A DNA stretch of 64,000 bases from Epithemia pelagica (taxonomy: Eukaryota; Protista; Bacillariophyta). Positions 43,944 to 55,000 of this stretch are shown piece after piece (positions within the stretch are counted from its first letter, which is position 1; each line of letters starts with the position of its first letter). The stretch is from NCBI GenBank assembly GCA_946965045.2, contig OX337241.1:558001-622000 (forward strand), in the 5' to 3' direction. The position numbers and the translations under genes were made by a program. The notes beneath the pieces were generated by a model. The model did not search any database and was not told where the DNA came from. It was given only the letters and a program-made list of their open reading frames with translations.

Positions 43944-44682
43944 TGTCCGTAATCACTGCTATGTTGTTCCTTTGACGACGGTGTTCTTCTGTTTGCCGTG
44001 TCGTAGGATTCCAAATGGAAAGAGTGTAGAACCGGCTTCCAACACTGATAACACGACCTTCGAGGTTTCGTGCTGGGGTACGCTGAGCGAGACGCAGCGA
44101 ATTCAATACACGGACTCGTGTCCCGATTGGCAACTCTCGAGGGACGTTCACCGGGCGAACTGGCACACCAACGCGTCTGGGTTGATTGCGCCGTTGATGG
44201 CCGTTGTTGGACGGGATATCTTGAGGGACCGGTTCTTGTGGTGCCAGCCCGTGAATACGGCGGATCAGTTGTCGTCGTTCTTCGATGGCGTTTTGGTGTA
44301 CGGCCGCTCTCGACGTTGATAGTTGAGCTAAATCGAATCTGAGTTCTTCTTGTCGATCTCGTTCCAATTGGGCTCTGGCTTCACTAAACGCCGCCTCGCG
44401 CTGTCGTGCAGCTTCCTCGTACCTCCGCTCCAATTGTGTGTACGCTTCTTGTTCGAATCTGAGTTCTTCTTGTCGATCTCGTTCCAATTGGGCTCTGGCT
44501 TCACTAAACGCCGCCTCGCGCTGTCGTGCAGCTTCCTCGTACCTCCGCTCCAATTGTGTGTACGCTTCTTGTTCGTTGATACTCAATTGGGTCAGTTCGG
44601 CCAAAAGACGCCCCAATGGCGTTTCTGGGTCAACGTGTTCTTCAACTTGATCTGTGACACTATCACCGTCCCCGGAAGCCAT
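43936..44682 (-). CDS. Extra upstream ORF of Copia 2 (coiled coil + KOW/SH3-like C-terminus)
   Basis: 248-aa ORF starting 48 bp after the 5' LTR whose stop overlaps the gag ATG (ATGAGTAA). It contains an in-frame 120-bp duplication and IGTRVRVLN...EGRVISVGSRFYTL. Confidence 0.7.
   Translation of the reverse strand: MASGDGDSVTDQVEEHVDPETPLGRLLAELTQLSINEQEAYTQLERRYEEAARQREAAFSEARAQLERDRQEELRFEQEAYTQLERRYEEAARQREAAFSEARAQLERDRQEELRFDLAQLSTSRAAVHQNAIEERRQLIRRIHGLAPQEPVPQDIPSNNGHQRRNQPRRVGVPVRPVNVPRELPIGTRVRVLNSLRLAQRTPARNLEGRVISVGSRFYTLSIWNPTTRQTEEHRRQRNNIAVITDNE
44333..44575. repeat. Exact 120-bp tandem duplication in Copia 2 ORF0
   Basis: Lines starting at 44341 and 44461 are identical; the 40-aa EQEAYTQLERRYEEAARQRE... 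block is doubled. Confidence 0.95.
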
Positions 44683-44730
44683 TCACAGTAGTTCACAGGA
44701 CAATCTGGAAAGTATTTTCTATTGGAAATA

Positions 44731-44944
44731 TGTTGGAACTAAACAAGCCGTGCTGTAAAGGCAACGTCAAAAGGCTTCTTATTTTAGATATTTCCAATAG
44801 AATGAGCTCTTTGCTCATCTGTAGTTTTCTTTTGCGCCTTGCCACGTCGCTTGACTAAGATCCAACCTTCTTCATCTTCTTCATCTTTGCTGGTCGCTGT
44901 TTGGTCATCCTGTTCCTTGCTCTGTTCCTGGTTCCGTTCCAACA
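44731..44944 (-). repeat. 5' LTR of Copia 2 (214 bp)
   Basis: Copy of 38803-39016. Confidence 0.95.
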
Positions 44945-44971
44945 CTACCTGCCACGAGAGAGTACTCTCTA

Positions 44972-46339
44972 GTGCCTCCTCTCCGGGTGTGCCCATGACG
45001 GGCGAAAATGTACCGTTGGGCACATGTTTTCAACTAGATAGAACTCGATCAATATTGGCTCGATGACAATGATCAGGTGCTTATTCCTAATCTCTAAGGT
45101 ATCCTCTGTCACCATTTGATGTTCCATTTGGACTACATAGGACTAATTATGGTTCTAGGAGAGCCTCTATCAGGGGCTTTGTGCAGTGTGCAACGTGTGT
45201 GGGCACATTGTGGGCACATTGTGGGCACCTTCAAGAAAAGCATGTAAGCTCGACAAATAGCCTTGGTATCTCCTAGTATTTGAACTCATAGGCAATGCAA
45301 CAAGGCTCCTGGGCTGCTGTTGCTGGAGGCTGTTTCCATTCGGTTGTTGTGGTCGCTGGCGTTGACGACGACAACTTCGATTCCTGTCAAGGTTTCATTC
45401 TCGTTGGCTCCAGACGCGTGGTGACGAGAAGGACCTGTTGCGCATTTGATGAGGCCACCACTTCTTGTTCTTGTTGATCTTGCTCTCATTGTTGTGGTTG
45501 TTGTTCTTGGGTGGCCACGTGAGTAATTGCAGTGGTCTGAGGAAGCTGCTGTCCCTGCTGCTGTTGCACTTGTCGTGCTCCTGCTGCTGGAGGGCGTGGT
45601 GCACGATAGACATCTCCAGGGAATCTGTCATCTTGATGTATCTTTTGAAGCTGATGAGACGTCTTGTGTAAGAGCTTACCCGTCCTGCTTCCATGAGTAG
45701 CTCAACTTCCCAAGCCTTGCTGCCCCGGGCTTGCACAATGATCACAGGTTCATTGCTGCCCCTGATGAAAGCCCTGGACCCAGGACCAAGCCAACTTCCT
45801 CCAGCCATTCCTTCTTCTTTGTCATCTGTTTTGTCTTGCTGTTATCACTACCCTCAACACTGTCATTTCTCTCGTTGTCTTGTTGTCGTGCTCAAGAAAT
45901 TGACACTTTTTATAATGATTCAATCATTACAAAAAGGTTCAAATACTTGAATACAAAAAGCTTCCATAGAGCATTCCTCATCCTGATGAACACTCCCAGT
46001 GGGGACTGTTCAGATAGCACAAGAACATGTGTTGCCATTGTATGATTGTTGGATTGTTGGATTGGTGTGTGCATTCAAAAGTTTGGGGTACACTCTTATT
46101 CTTGTCAAAAATCTTCTGGGTGTCTCCAGTGGGGTTTGCACTTCCGAATCAGCGCCGACCTGGACACGCCAGGCCAGACATGGCCGGGACGTGGCTGGGT
46201 GACAGAGGATGTCTTTGAGAAAAAGTTTGAGCATCCACATGTTGCCGTAGGCCTAATATTGGTCATGTTCCATCTAGTTGAAACTATGTGCCCAACGGTA
46301 CGTTTTGACCTGTAATGGGCACACGGCTAGAGGAGGCAC
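44972..46339. mobile_element. Non-autonomous/decayed TIR DNA element (~1.37 kb, ~90-bp imperfect TIRs, TA or CTAG TSD)
   Basis: 44965-45058 CTCTCTAGTGCCTCCTCT..GTGTGCCCAT.AC.GG..AAAA.GTACCGTTGGGCACAT..TTTCAACTAGAT.GAAC...AATATT aligns to the reverse complement of 46253-46346. The interior holds a frameshifted ORF remnant and GTGGGCACATT x3 at ~45199-45228. Confidence 0.8.
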
Positions 46340-47504
46340 TAGAGAGCAAGCTCGTAGACAAAGGACAACTCCTCTATTGTATTGATACTGAATATGACCA
46401 AAATCAAAAAGCATCAGGACTAAGGATTAAACACTACGCCTACTAGTGGCACAACCTAGAGGACGTCAATCGAGAAAAACTCTTTCTGGAAAGAGGTCAA
46501 ATTGGGCACTTTGCCCTACTCTACACCATATAATAATAATATTATTATTAAAGTCCATAGTCACTAATGAAGTAGTGTTGATTGTTGATAGTTGATAGAG
46601 GACGAATGACGATTGACGATCTCCGTTGTCCGTTGTCCGGTCCGGTGTCAGTGTCCCGGTTCCCGGTGACTCATGATATTACTCGATCCAATAATATTAT
46701 TCTTGGACTCGCCCAGCCAAGTAGGAAGATCGAATATCGAATGGTGACGATTGACGAAGGATTGTTCACCCCTCCGCGCGACCTCATCACTGCTGAGGGA
46801 ATTTTCGACAAGATCAATGCAGAATGAGCGACAGGAAATAGGAACTTAGAAGATCTGACATCTGACAGGACAGAGGACAGGGGACACGAGCAGGTAGGTA
46901 AACCTTACTTGGACTTTATAGGGGGAAGTCGCAGAAGAGGAGGGGAAAGAAAGGAAGAGAAAAAAGAAGAAGAAGAAGGAAAAAAGAAAAAAGAGGAAGA
47001 ATTAGTGGTAAGATTCCCTTTGCTACGAACGTGCGATTGCCACCATCATATTATGATCTCATTGGTTGGTCCATTTGTCACTGCTTCTGGTCTGTGTGGG
47101 ATGTGTGGTGACTACGTGTTGCTCCAATGTCCCGGTGGAGGGGGATTTGGCAGTTCCCTACGGTCGTTCTACGGTGTGTCTTTTACCTATACAAAACATT
47201 GTCAGCCTCACATATGCCTTTGATCTCTGATTGTATTGCCTGTGCGAAGATATTGGCATACATTGTTTCCAGTATATCGCGCAATCATAGCTACGGCATG
47301 GACGAGAAGTTTTGCACAGTTTTTGTTAGTTCATTATTTTCTGATCGATGGTTTTCTCACAACTGTTGTTGTTGTCATCGTTGTTGTTGTTATATCTCTT
47401 GAATCTTTGTCTTAAAGTGTCTGGCCTGCATGGTAAGTCGCGACTGTTGGCTGTTGATGCTGTGTTGATTTTTGCTGCTCTCTAACCGATGTTGTTGTTG
47501 TGTT

Positions 47505-50500
47505 TTAAGGGTACGATGCATTACTGGGATGGTTGGAACAAGATTTGTCATGGGGTGGGATGCCCCGACGATTGGGCCTCCGCCAATACTGAATATTGCG
47601 GATGCAACAATTTTGAGTCGGTTGTGGATGTGTTGGTTGTTGATGGACCGGTTGGCAACCAAGGTACGACGAGTAATACACCGCTTGCTGCAGCAGCTGT
47701 TGCTGAAAGTGATGAACACTAGCAAGCGGCGTATTTGGCGGAAGCAATGGTGGAAGTGATGGCATTTGTGGTTGTGGCATGGTGATTGGTCTGGGGGCCG
47801 GTTGTATTGCTATTCTTGGTGGCGATTTGGGAGCAGGTTGCTGTTGTGTTTGTGGTGGTGGTCGTTGTGGTCGTGTTGGAGAAGACTGTTGCACTGTTGG
47901 AGCTGGTGGTGGCGGCAGCTCCTCCTCCTCATCACTCAACATTGGATCATCGTCATCTGCTTGGTTTGCTTCGTCTTGATGCTCTTCTTTTTCCTCAACT
48001 TGTTGCTCTTTTTCATTTTCTCGTGATTGTTCTGTATCTTGTTGTTCCAGTGTCTCGCTTGTTTGCATTGTTTCTTCATCTTGCATATTGCGCTGAGCCT
48101 CACATTTCTCACAGGGACAGAAGTCATGCTGTTGGACCGAGATGTTCCAGACCTCGTTGAGTTGCTCATAAACTTGCAAGTACTCAGAAAAAAAGCGTTC
48201 ACCATTGTCTTGCGGTAAGTGCTCGACGTCATCAAACAACTTGGATGCGCCGCATCGAACGGCCAACTTGTTGATAAAGGCAAGTTGCTGGTGGTTCCAA
48301 TGACTCACCACTGTTTCCCACGCCGCAGACATTTTCTTGTTGCGTTGTTCCGTTGTCTTCGACACAAAGCGCAGCTTGTGTCGAATCTGACGGTTGTACC
48401 ACGCCGTTCCGCACAAGTTCAAGTCGTCCGAGAGTTTTTCATTTGTGCCCCCATTACTGAAATGGGCCAAGTTGTTGTGCCATGACTCCAATTTGGATTC
48501 CCCTCGGTAAGAGACCCATTCGGACAATTGATGGCTTGATTTCGGGTGTGGTTTGATCTCACGATACATGTCTTCGATTGGAATCGGATCTGCGAGAAAC
48601 TCTGCCTTTTTTTAAACAGTTTTCGATTGCTGAGTGTGTATCTTGTGTGAACAATGGTTGTTGTGTCTTGTGATCGAGCCTTCCTCGTGCCGGTGGCCCA
48701 CTGTCACTACTACTTCTCACTTTATATTTTATCTTCCACTCCTCCAGGCGCATCACGATTGTTTGGAACGCGCGGATGATTTTCCGTAAGTACTTGCCGT
48801 ATCTTTCGCGAAAAACCTTGGTCTGTCTCATTTCTGCTATTTGCTTGTCATTATATTTCTTGCCTCCAAGGGTGCCATTCTTCAGGGCCGTGATGACTTT
48901 ATGGAAGTCACCATCGTGATACTCGTAGATGCAATCCAACAATTCGCGCAACGCGTCACCAAAGTCCATGTGTTTACGGCGCAGGGTCTTCATAATTCGC
49001 TGGAGGAAATGAAAGAGTCCCAGTCTTGGGACTACATCTTCACCCAACAATCCAACCCAATAATCACTCTTGTGGGGGAATGTGTCGGAATAGATGACGC
49101 TCGGGTTAAAATTTCCACGGTTGTTGGGCAGCATGGGAGAAGGTCTTGGTTTCCAAGTTTGGAACCAAGATTGCACATGCAATCTCGCCTACTTCATTGG
49201 CAGCATCCCATACAGCTTCTGCCTTGAGCCTCTTGGGATAGTTCTTGACTGCTTGGAAGGTGTGGTCTTGGGCAAAACTTGTTTGGCAGCCCACTGCTTG
49301 GATTTCCCTGGTGTGCCTCTCATAGTCACTTGCTCTCCAGGGATTGAGTCTGGATCTTGATGCCTCGTGGTAGGCCTGTCTGATTGTCTCACCAAGAGGA
49401 GGATACCTGGTGAGCCACTCTCCATCTTTCGCTGGATACTCTTGCCCTTGCTGATGTGTTGCATCGCAGAAGGAGTAATAGTTAGTTATTCTATTCCTAT
49501 AATCCCTGTTGATTGCAGCATACAATAGTCCACTACAGTGGTCACCATTGCCATAGGTAAGCATCTCCTCCTCCAACACTGTTGTTGTTGTAATGTCGAA
49601 GTGCTGGGCACCTCGAGCCCACTTTGCTTCGACCGGATACCATTTCGCAAAATGTGGATGCAACGAATTGAGAAGTGCTCCGTCGTTGCCGGCATGCGTG
49701 GTATTGCACTCCTTGCAATGGTAGTGCGTGACAAGGGCGTAAGACGGTGCGCCATCAAGACCAAAAATGGGGAATAGACTTTTGCTCTTGGAAAGGTTGG
49801 TCCGCTCGCGTTGTAGTGTACAGTTGTTACACTTTGGACACTTAAGCCCAATTTTCTGAAACTCCACCGGCATAAACAGCTCCCAGTCAACAATGTACAA
49901 ACATCGCCCTACAATTGAGTCCCACGGGGCATTATTGTTGTTTCGCACGTCGGGTACAGTCAAACACATGTCGCGCATGAACGGCTTAAGTGACCGCACG
50001 TCGCGCTTCCGTTCCAAACAAGTTTCGGCGATAGTCTTGGCAAGCGCGTACATTGTTTTCGGACACGTGATCGACTCGTCTTGTTCTATCTCCTTGTATT
50101 TAGCCAGTACCGATTGCATAAATACATACTCATCCGACCCAACGGCGGACGTCACCTGATTATTGATCAGGCAGTCCGTGCGCGCAATACAGTTGCGCTT
50201 CCCCTTTCGAACCCTGGAAAGTTTCAAATCGTCCTCTGTCACGGTCGTTGCTTCATTTGAAGCTTCCGAGACAGGTTTATTGTTGAGACGAAAGAAGAGG
50301 TTGAAATCTTCTTGCCTCATGATGATTGGATGGTAAGTCACTTCCTTGTTGGCCTCTTTCTTCAGTCGTTCCTCCTCCTTCATGGCCTCTACCAAGTGGT
50401 CTGGTATGCCCCTGGTCTTTGTGTTCTTTGGGCAGAAGACGTGATGGGGGCGCTTGGGAGGCTTGGTCCCAAGCCTTTTGGAACTGTAGATGGTGCAGTC

Positions 50501-50827
50501 CCTGTCTGGCTCAAAGGCCTTTTTCTTCTCAAGCGTGAGCTGCCTCAACTGCTTTGCCTCTTGTTGCTTCCTCTTCTTGTTGCTTCTCTGTTGTGCTAAC
50601 GACTTTGCCCTTTTTGTTTGGTTGTTTCGTCGTTGACTCTGCCCACCCATCTCTTGCTCCTTGCTGAGCTTTTTGTATGGGTTCACCACCAAGGGTGCTG
50701 GTGGTGGTGGAGGAGAGTCATTCTCCTCAGGGACAGTCATCGTGGTTGGGTCCATTGTTGCTCCAGAAACATCGACACCATTGTCCATGTCCTGGGGCAC
50801 GGCAACCGCGACCGGCCTCATTGGCAC
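47505..50827 (-). pseudogene. Large DDE-type transposase-like ORF (Mutator/ISL3-clan-like) broken by two frameshifts
   Basis: Three consecutive overlapping ORFs (573+207+354 aa) join at ~49120 and at an A7 run at ~48607-48613 (KKAEFLADPIPIEDMY is restored by removing one A). Motifs: CPKC/HCKEC, QDHTF, NEVGEI, YSDTFP, RLGLFHFLQRI, RGESKLESWH. Element ends were not found. Confidence 0.6.
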
Positions 50828-52080
50828 GGAATCGTGTTGGAGACGAAATCCCTGTCGTTTCGGCTGTTTTCGTGAGGAAGTCGGTTCCGTGGCTTTTTGC
50901 GCGTGGCGCGCGATGTCTACTGGTAAGAGAAGACATGTCTTGTGTGAGTTTTCGTTAAGTATTTTGATGTCTTGTCTATGTCTTGTGAGTTTTCTAACCC
51001 AATCATATTTCTGCCTTCTATTTCGTGAGCCCCTACTTATCCTTCAACCGGAATACTGGGCGTCACAGAACGACTGCATTGGACAGTAATTGACGCAGAA
51101 TGGCCGCAGAGTAAGCAGTAAGACGTAAGCCAGTCTGAAGGCTTAGGGCTTAGGGGGAAGTAGGTGCTTTAGGCTTTAGGCTCTAATCCTACTTTCTACG
51201 TAGGAGTAGGAGTATTCGTACCATTACTTGTGATTTGGTATTATTATTTGGTATATCGAAGGAGAAAAATATTGGTTGCAGTTTAAGCTCTCCTACAAAA
51301 GTGCTAACTCCAATGTCAATGCTCAATTCTAAGTTTGAGAGAGCGAGTAGTAATAAGGACTGTAAACTTAGGCAACAAAAAGTTTTGCTTCAGTAAATAT
51401 TGTAAAGTTTAGGTTTTGAAATTTAGGTAGCTATGCATAGTTAACAAAAGGGAAAAGGGCCTACCTTAACTTGGGTGGGCATGGCGTTGAGTATCGTAAT
51501 TTACGAAAACTTCTGCACCTCAACTTAGGCCGAGAAACTTCGGCTAAGAAACTTGAAGACCCTAAGTATTATACTCTATGGTACTCATACTTTATTTGAC
51601 TTGTTTAGACGAAAGTCAATTGCCAGGACGGGAAATTTGAAAGATAAAAAAAATCCAAAATCCAAAATCCCACAAAACAAGATGATAAACAAGCGAGATT
51701 TGAGTAGTAGTAGTTTTGGAGGACGCGACAGAAGTGCGAGTGACGACTGTCTAGTCTACACCAAGATCAAAAACCGGCGTGCGCATTTAGCGAACTAAGA
51801 AGTAGTATTACTTCCCGGCCCTAGGTGGGAAAGAAACTAAACTAGTATTCACACTCTTTGCTGTTTTCGATCTGTGATATTGACCTACGAGACGAACCTG
51901 CCCAACAGACATCCAACGCGCAGCTAAGGCCGCCAAACTCTTTTCCGTTCGCCTAATCGGCTTCTTCCGAACTGGACCTGCATCCTCGAGACTAGTCGGC
52001 ACTGTGGTTGTCGATCCGAAGCCCCGCAAGACCCAACTCGGAAGCTACTACCGACTAATCTGGTAAACCTGAATTCCGCC

Positions 52081-55000
52081 GTGAAACCCAGACTTTTCCA
52101 AGCACCAGCAAGCCGAAGAGAAGTTAGAGCCCAAGCGACAAAAACGAAAGTCTACCGTGGAAAGATGAGTGAAGCCAAACCTACCCTAAGCGTTGACACG
52201 TCTGTCGGAATGGCAAAACCCAAGGGTACGACCGGAATCGGCCAGGAGACGGAAAACAACGACCATAACCGTCGTGAGGAAAAGCTTCGGAAATTGGTAC
52301 GAATGCTGGCCGAAGAGGTCTCGGAACGCTTCGTCCCGGCCCCCACGGAGGACGAACGCACTAATGATGCTATAAACGGCATCGGTGACTTCAAAACCCG
52401 ATGCCGTTGGGCTGAGTTTTGGCGTAATGAGCACAAGGAGAGAACCGAAACCGAACAAGCTGTGTGGGCGAATTATTACACCAACAACCCCTCACTACTC
52501 TCAAAAGCCCAGTGGGAGAAATCAATCACTGACCCCGAATGGCAATGGCCAGACCCGTTCTCCGGAAAGAACTACAAAGAAGAGGCCGAGGACGTGGAAG
52601 AAGAAATCCTAATCTCTGGCCTCCAAAGTGGTGTCAAACCAGAGCACAAACGCAAAAACGCACCCGTAGGCTCAAACGAGTTGGAATGCTTCCTAAAACA
52701 AGTCGAAGAAGCAATCATCAATGAGTCACTTACCAATAAACCGACCCGTAACGAAAACAAGCTGTCTCTGGAGTTCAAGGACATACTCAAACAACTCCGC
52801 GAGTTTGATCTGGTGGCGATACCCACGGACAAAACAAACTCGTTCACGCTAATGTCATCCAGGGAATACGCGAAAGAGATCAAGATTCACCTCGACAAAA
52901 GTGCAGTCCGTATCAACAGGTCCAAACTCAATGAAATTGTGGAGAACTGCTTCTCATTCATCACGGAACTCGACCGCTATCTGTCCAAGAACGAGAGGGA
53001 GTTTCTGAAAGAAAAGGTGAATTCGAAAGCGATTCCCCAACCGAAAATCCTGGTCAAGGACCACAAAAAAAAGAAGAACTCGAATGGATCGTACCCTACC
53101 AGACTCGTGGTCCCTGCAACCAACTTCACTGCTGGATTCCCAAAGATTGGATACCTCGGTATCAAGAACTTATTCAAGAAGCACAAGGTTGAGTTCGGAC
53201 AACGCAACATAGTCCAAGCGTCGGATCTCAAGGACAGGTTGGAGAAGTTCAACATCAATGCAGGAAATGCCACAATCGTTTCAGTCGACGCAGAGGCGAT
53301 GTACCCATCAATCAAGTTCCAGTTGATCTATGATGCAGTACAGTACTACGCCGAAGCTATGCCCCCAGAAACCAACAAAGCAATCAGCCTGTGTCTCGAC
53401 CTTATCTTCTTTGGGATGTCGAACACATTGATTTCGTTCCAAGACGGGTTCTACCTCTACGACGGCGACAAAAAACCCGAAGAACGAGGATTGACGATAG
53501 GCGGCTACGAATCAGCCTGGCTGGCGGATTTGGTGATGTCATACCTCCTAGAGGTGACATACGACACACTCTACGACCCGATGCACTTCTTCGGAGTCTA
53601 CAGAGACGACGGGTTGGCGGTGTTCAAAGGCAAAAAGACTACAAACGAAATCCAAGAGTGGCTCGAATCTTTTCAATCTGACATCGACGACATAGCTGGA
53701 AACAACTTTTTGAAGTTTACGGCAGTGGTGTGGGACCCATTAAACCACCACTCAGAGTGGGACATCTCCAATACTGCGATCACGGTTGACAAATCCCCGT
53801 CGTTTCCCTTCCTGGATATGGAGATGTATTGGCTGAGTGAGCAGTCGCTAGCCTTCAGAGTCCACTTGAAGAAGAACCAACAACTCAAGTATCTCAACAA
53901 AGGTAGCTCGCACACTCCGGGATGCTTCAAAGCGATTCCCAATGGAGTGATCAAACGCCTAACCAAGCTCACATCAATCAACGATTCAAACAGCAACCAA
54001 ACTCTCAACGAGCTGTATCCAACACATTTCCAAGCCCTGTCCGACGCGAACTTGATTAAACCAGATCAAATCCTGACCTTGGCAGACTCCATAGACGAGA
54101 TGGAACGAGCGAAGAATGATGAGACCTCAAACGCAACCAAGAAAGGCCGCGATAGAGACCGGAAAAGAGCGATCTACTTTAGGATTGGGTACTCCAACTT
54201 CTGGAGGAGGCCCATCCACAAAGTGATCAAGGAGATAAAAGGACGCTTCCCCTCCCTGTCCTGGTTACGCGTGTCAATGTCCTACCACAGGTTCACGAAT
54301 ATCCGTGAACACTTCCAGGGCGATTTGAACACCAAACTATCGGACACATTGAGATCCCTAGACTTCGAAGATCTTGATTGTAACTGCAGGAACAAGGAAG
54401 CCTGCCCCTACGGTGGGAAATGCAGGCGTTCGATAGTAGTCTACAAAGCGACGTGTCTCAAAACGGGCAAATTCTATATCGGCAACACGCAACAACACGT
54501 AAAAAAGCGAATGCAACAACACGTTCAGGATGTCAAAGCCTTAGTCCTCCAGAACAAGAGCTCCGACTCTTTTGCAAGCCACTTTGCGGCGTTCGTCCCG
54601 AGAGACATTCCGAAAAAGGAAATGAAAAACCACGTGAAATTGCGAGTCGAGCTCCTATGGCAAGGGAAGCCTCTTTCAACCGTAAAAACCTTCGGCACGA
54701 AAACGTGCAAACTCTGCGCTCGAGAGAGATTGGAAATCCTACGGGCGACCAAATTCAACCCCAAACTAGCAATCAACAAGTGTAACGAAATATACGGCGA
54801 ATGCCGCCACAAACCGAGATTTCACCGGTTCCCGACAAACAACAACAACCCCAGCACTGATGAGTCGATAGACGACGAAAGAGTCTCTATCTGTCGGCCT
54901 GTCTCAACCACGTCAACTGACTCGAGCTATTCTTGCTTCACGTGGACCTCGAACCTGTCCCCCAACACGACTACAACAAACGATGTAAACAACTTTGGTG

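Larger units (their letters stand above)
38803..44944 (-). mobile_element. Ty1/copia LTR retrotransposon 2, full length, 6142 bp
   Basis: 214-bp TG...CA LTRs (38803-39016, 44731-44944) with one mismatch seen, a 5-bp TSD CTACC (38798-38802, 44945-44949), a single gag-pol ORF and an extra upstream ORF. Confidence 0.96.

Noticed and set aside
44784-45023. 79-aa ORF ending AHSIGNI
   Set aside because: It is the 5' LTR copy of the pol C-terminal tail, not a separate gene.
46531-46550. Perfect palindrome TAATAATAATATTATTATTA
   Set aside because: Simple (TAA)n/(TTA)n microsatellite junction with no supporting context.
47000-51690. Terminal inverted repeats for the large DDE-like ORF
   Set aside because: Only short, weak matches were found by eye; no boundary or TSD can be supported.
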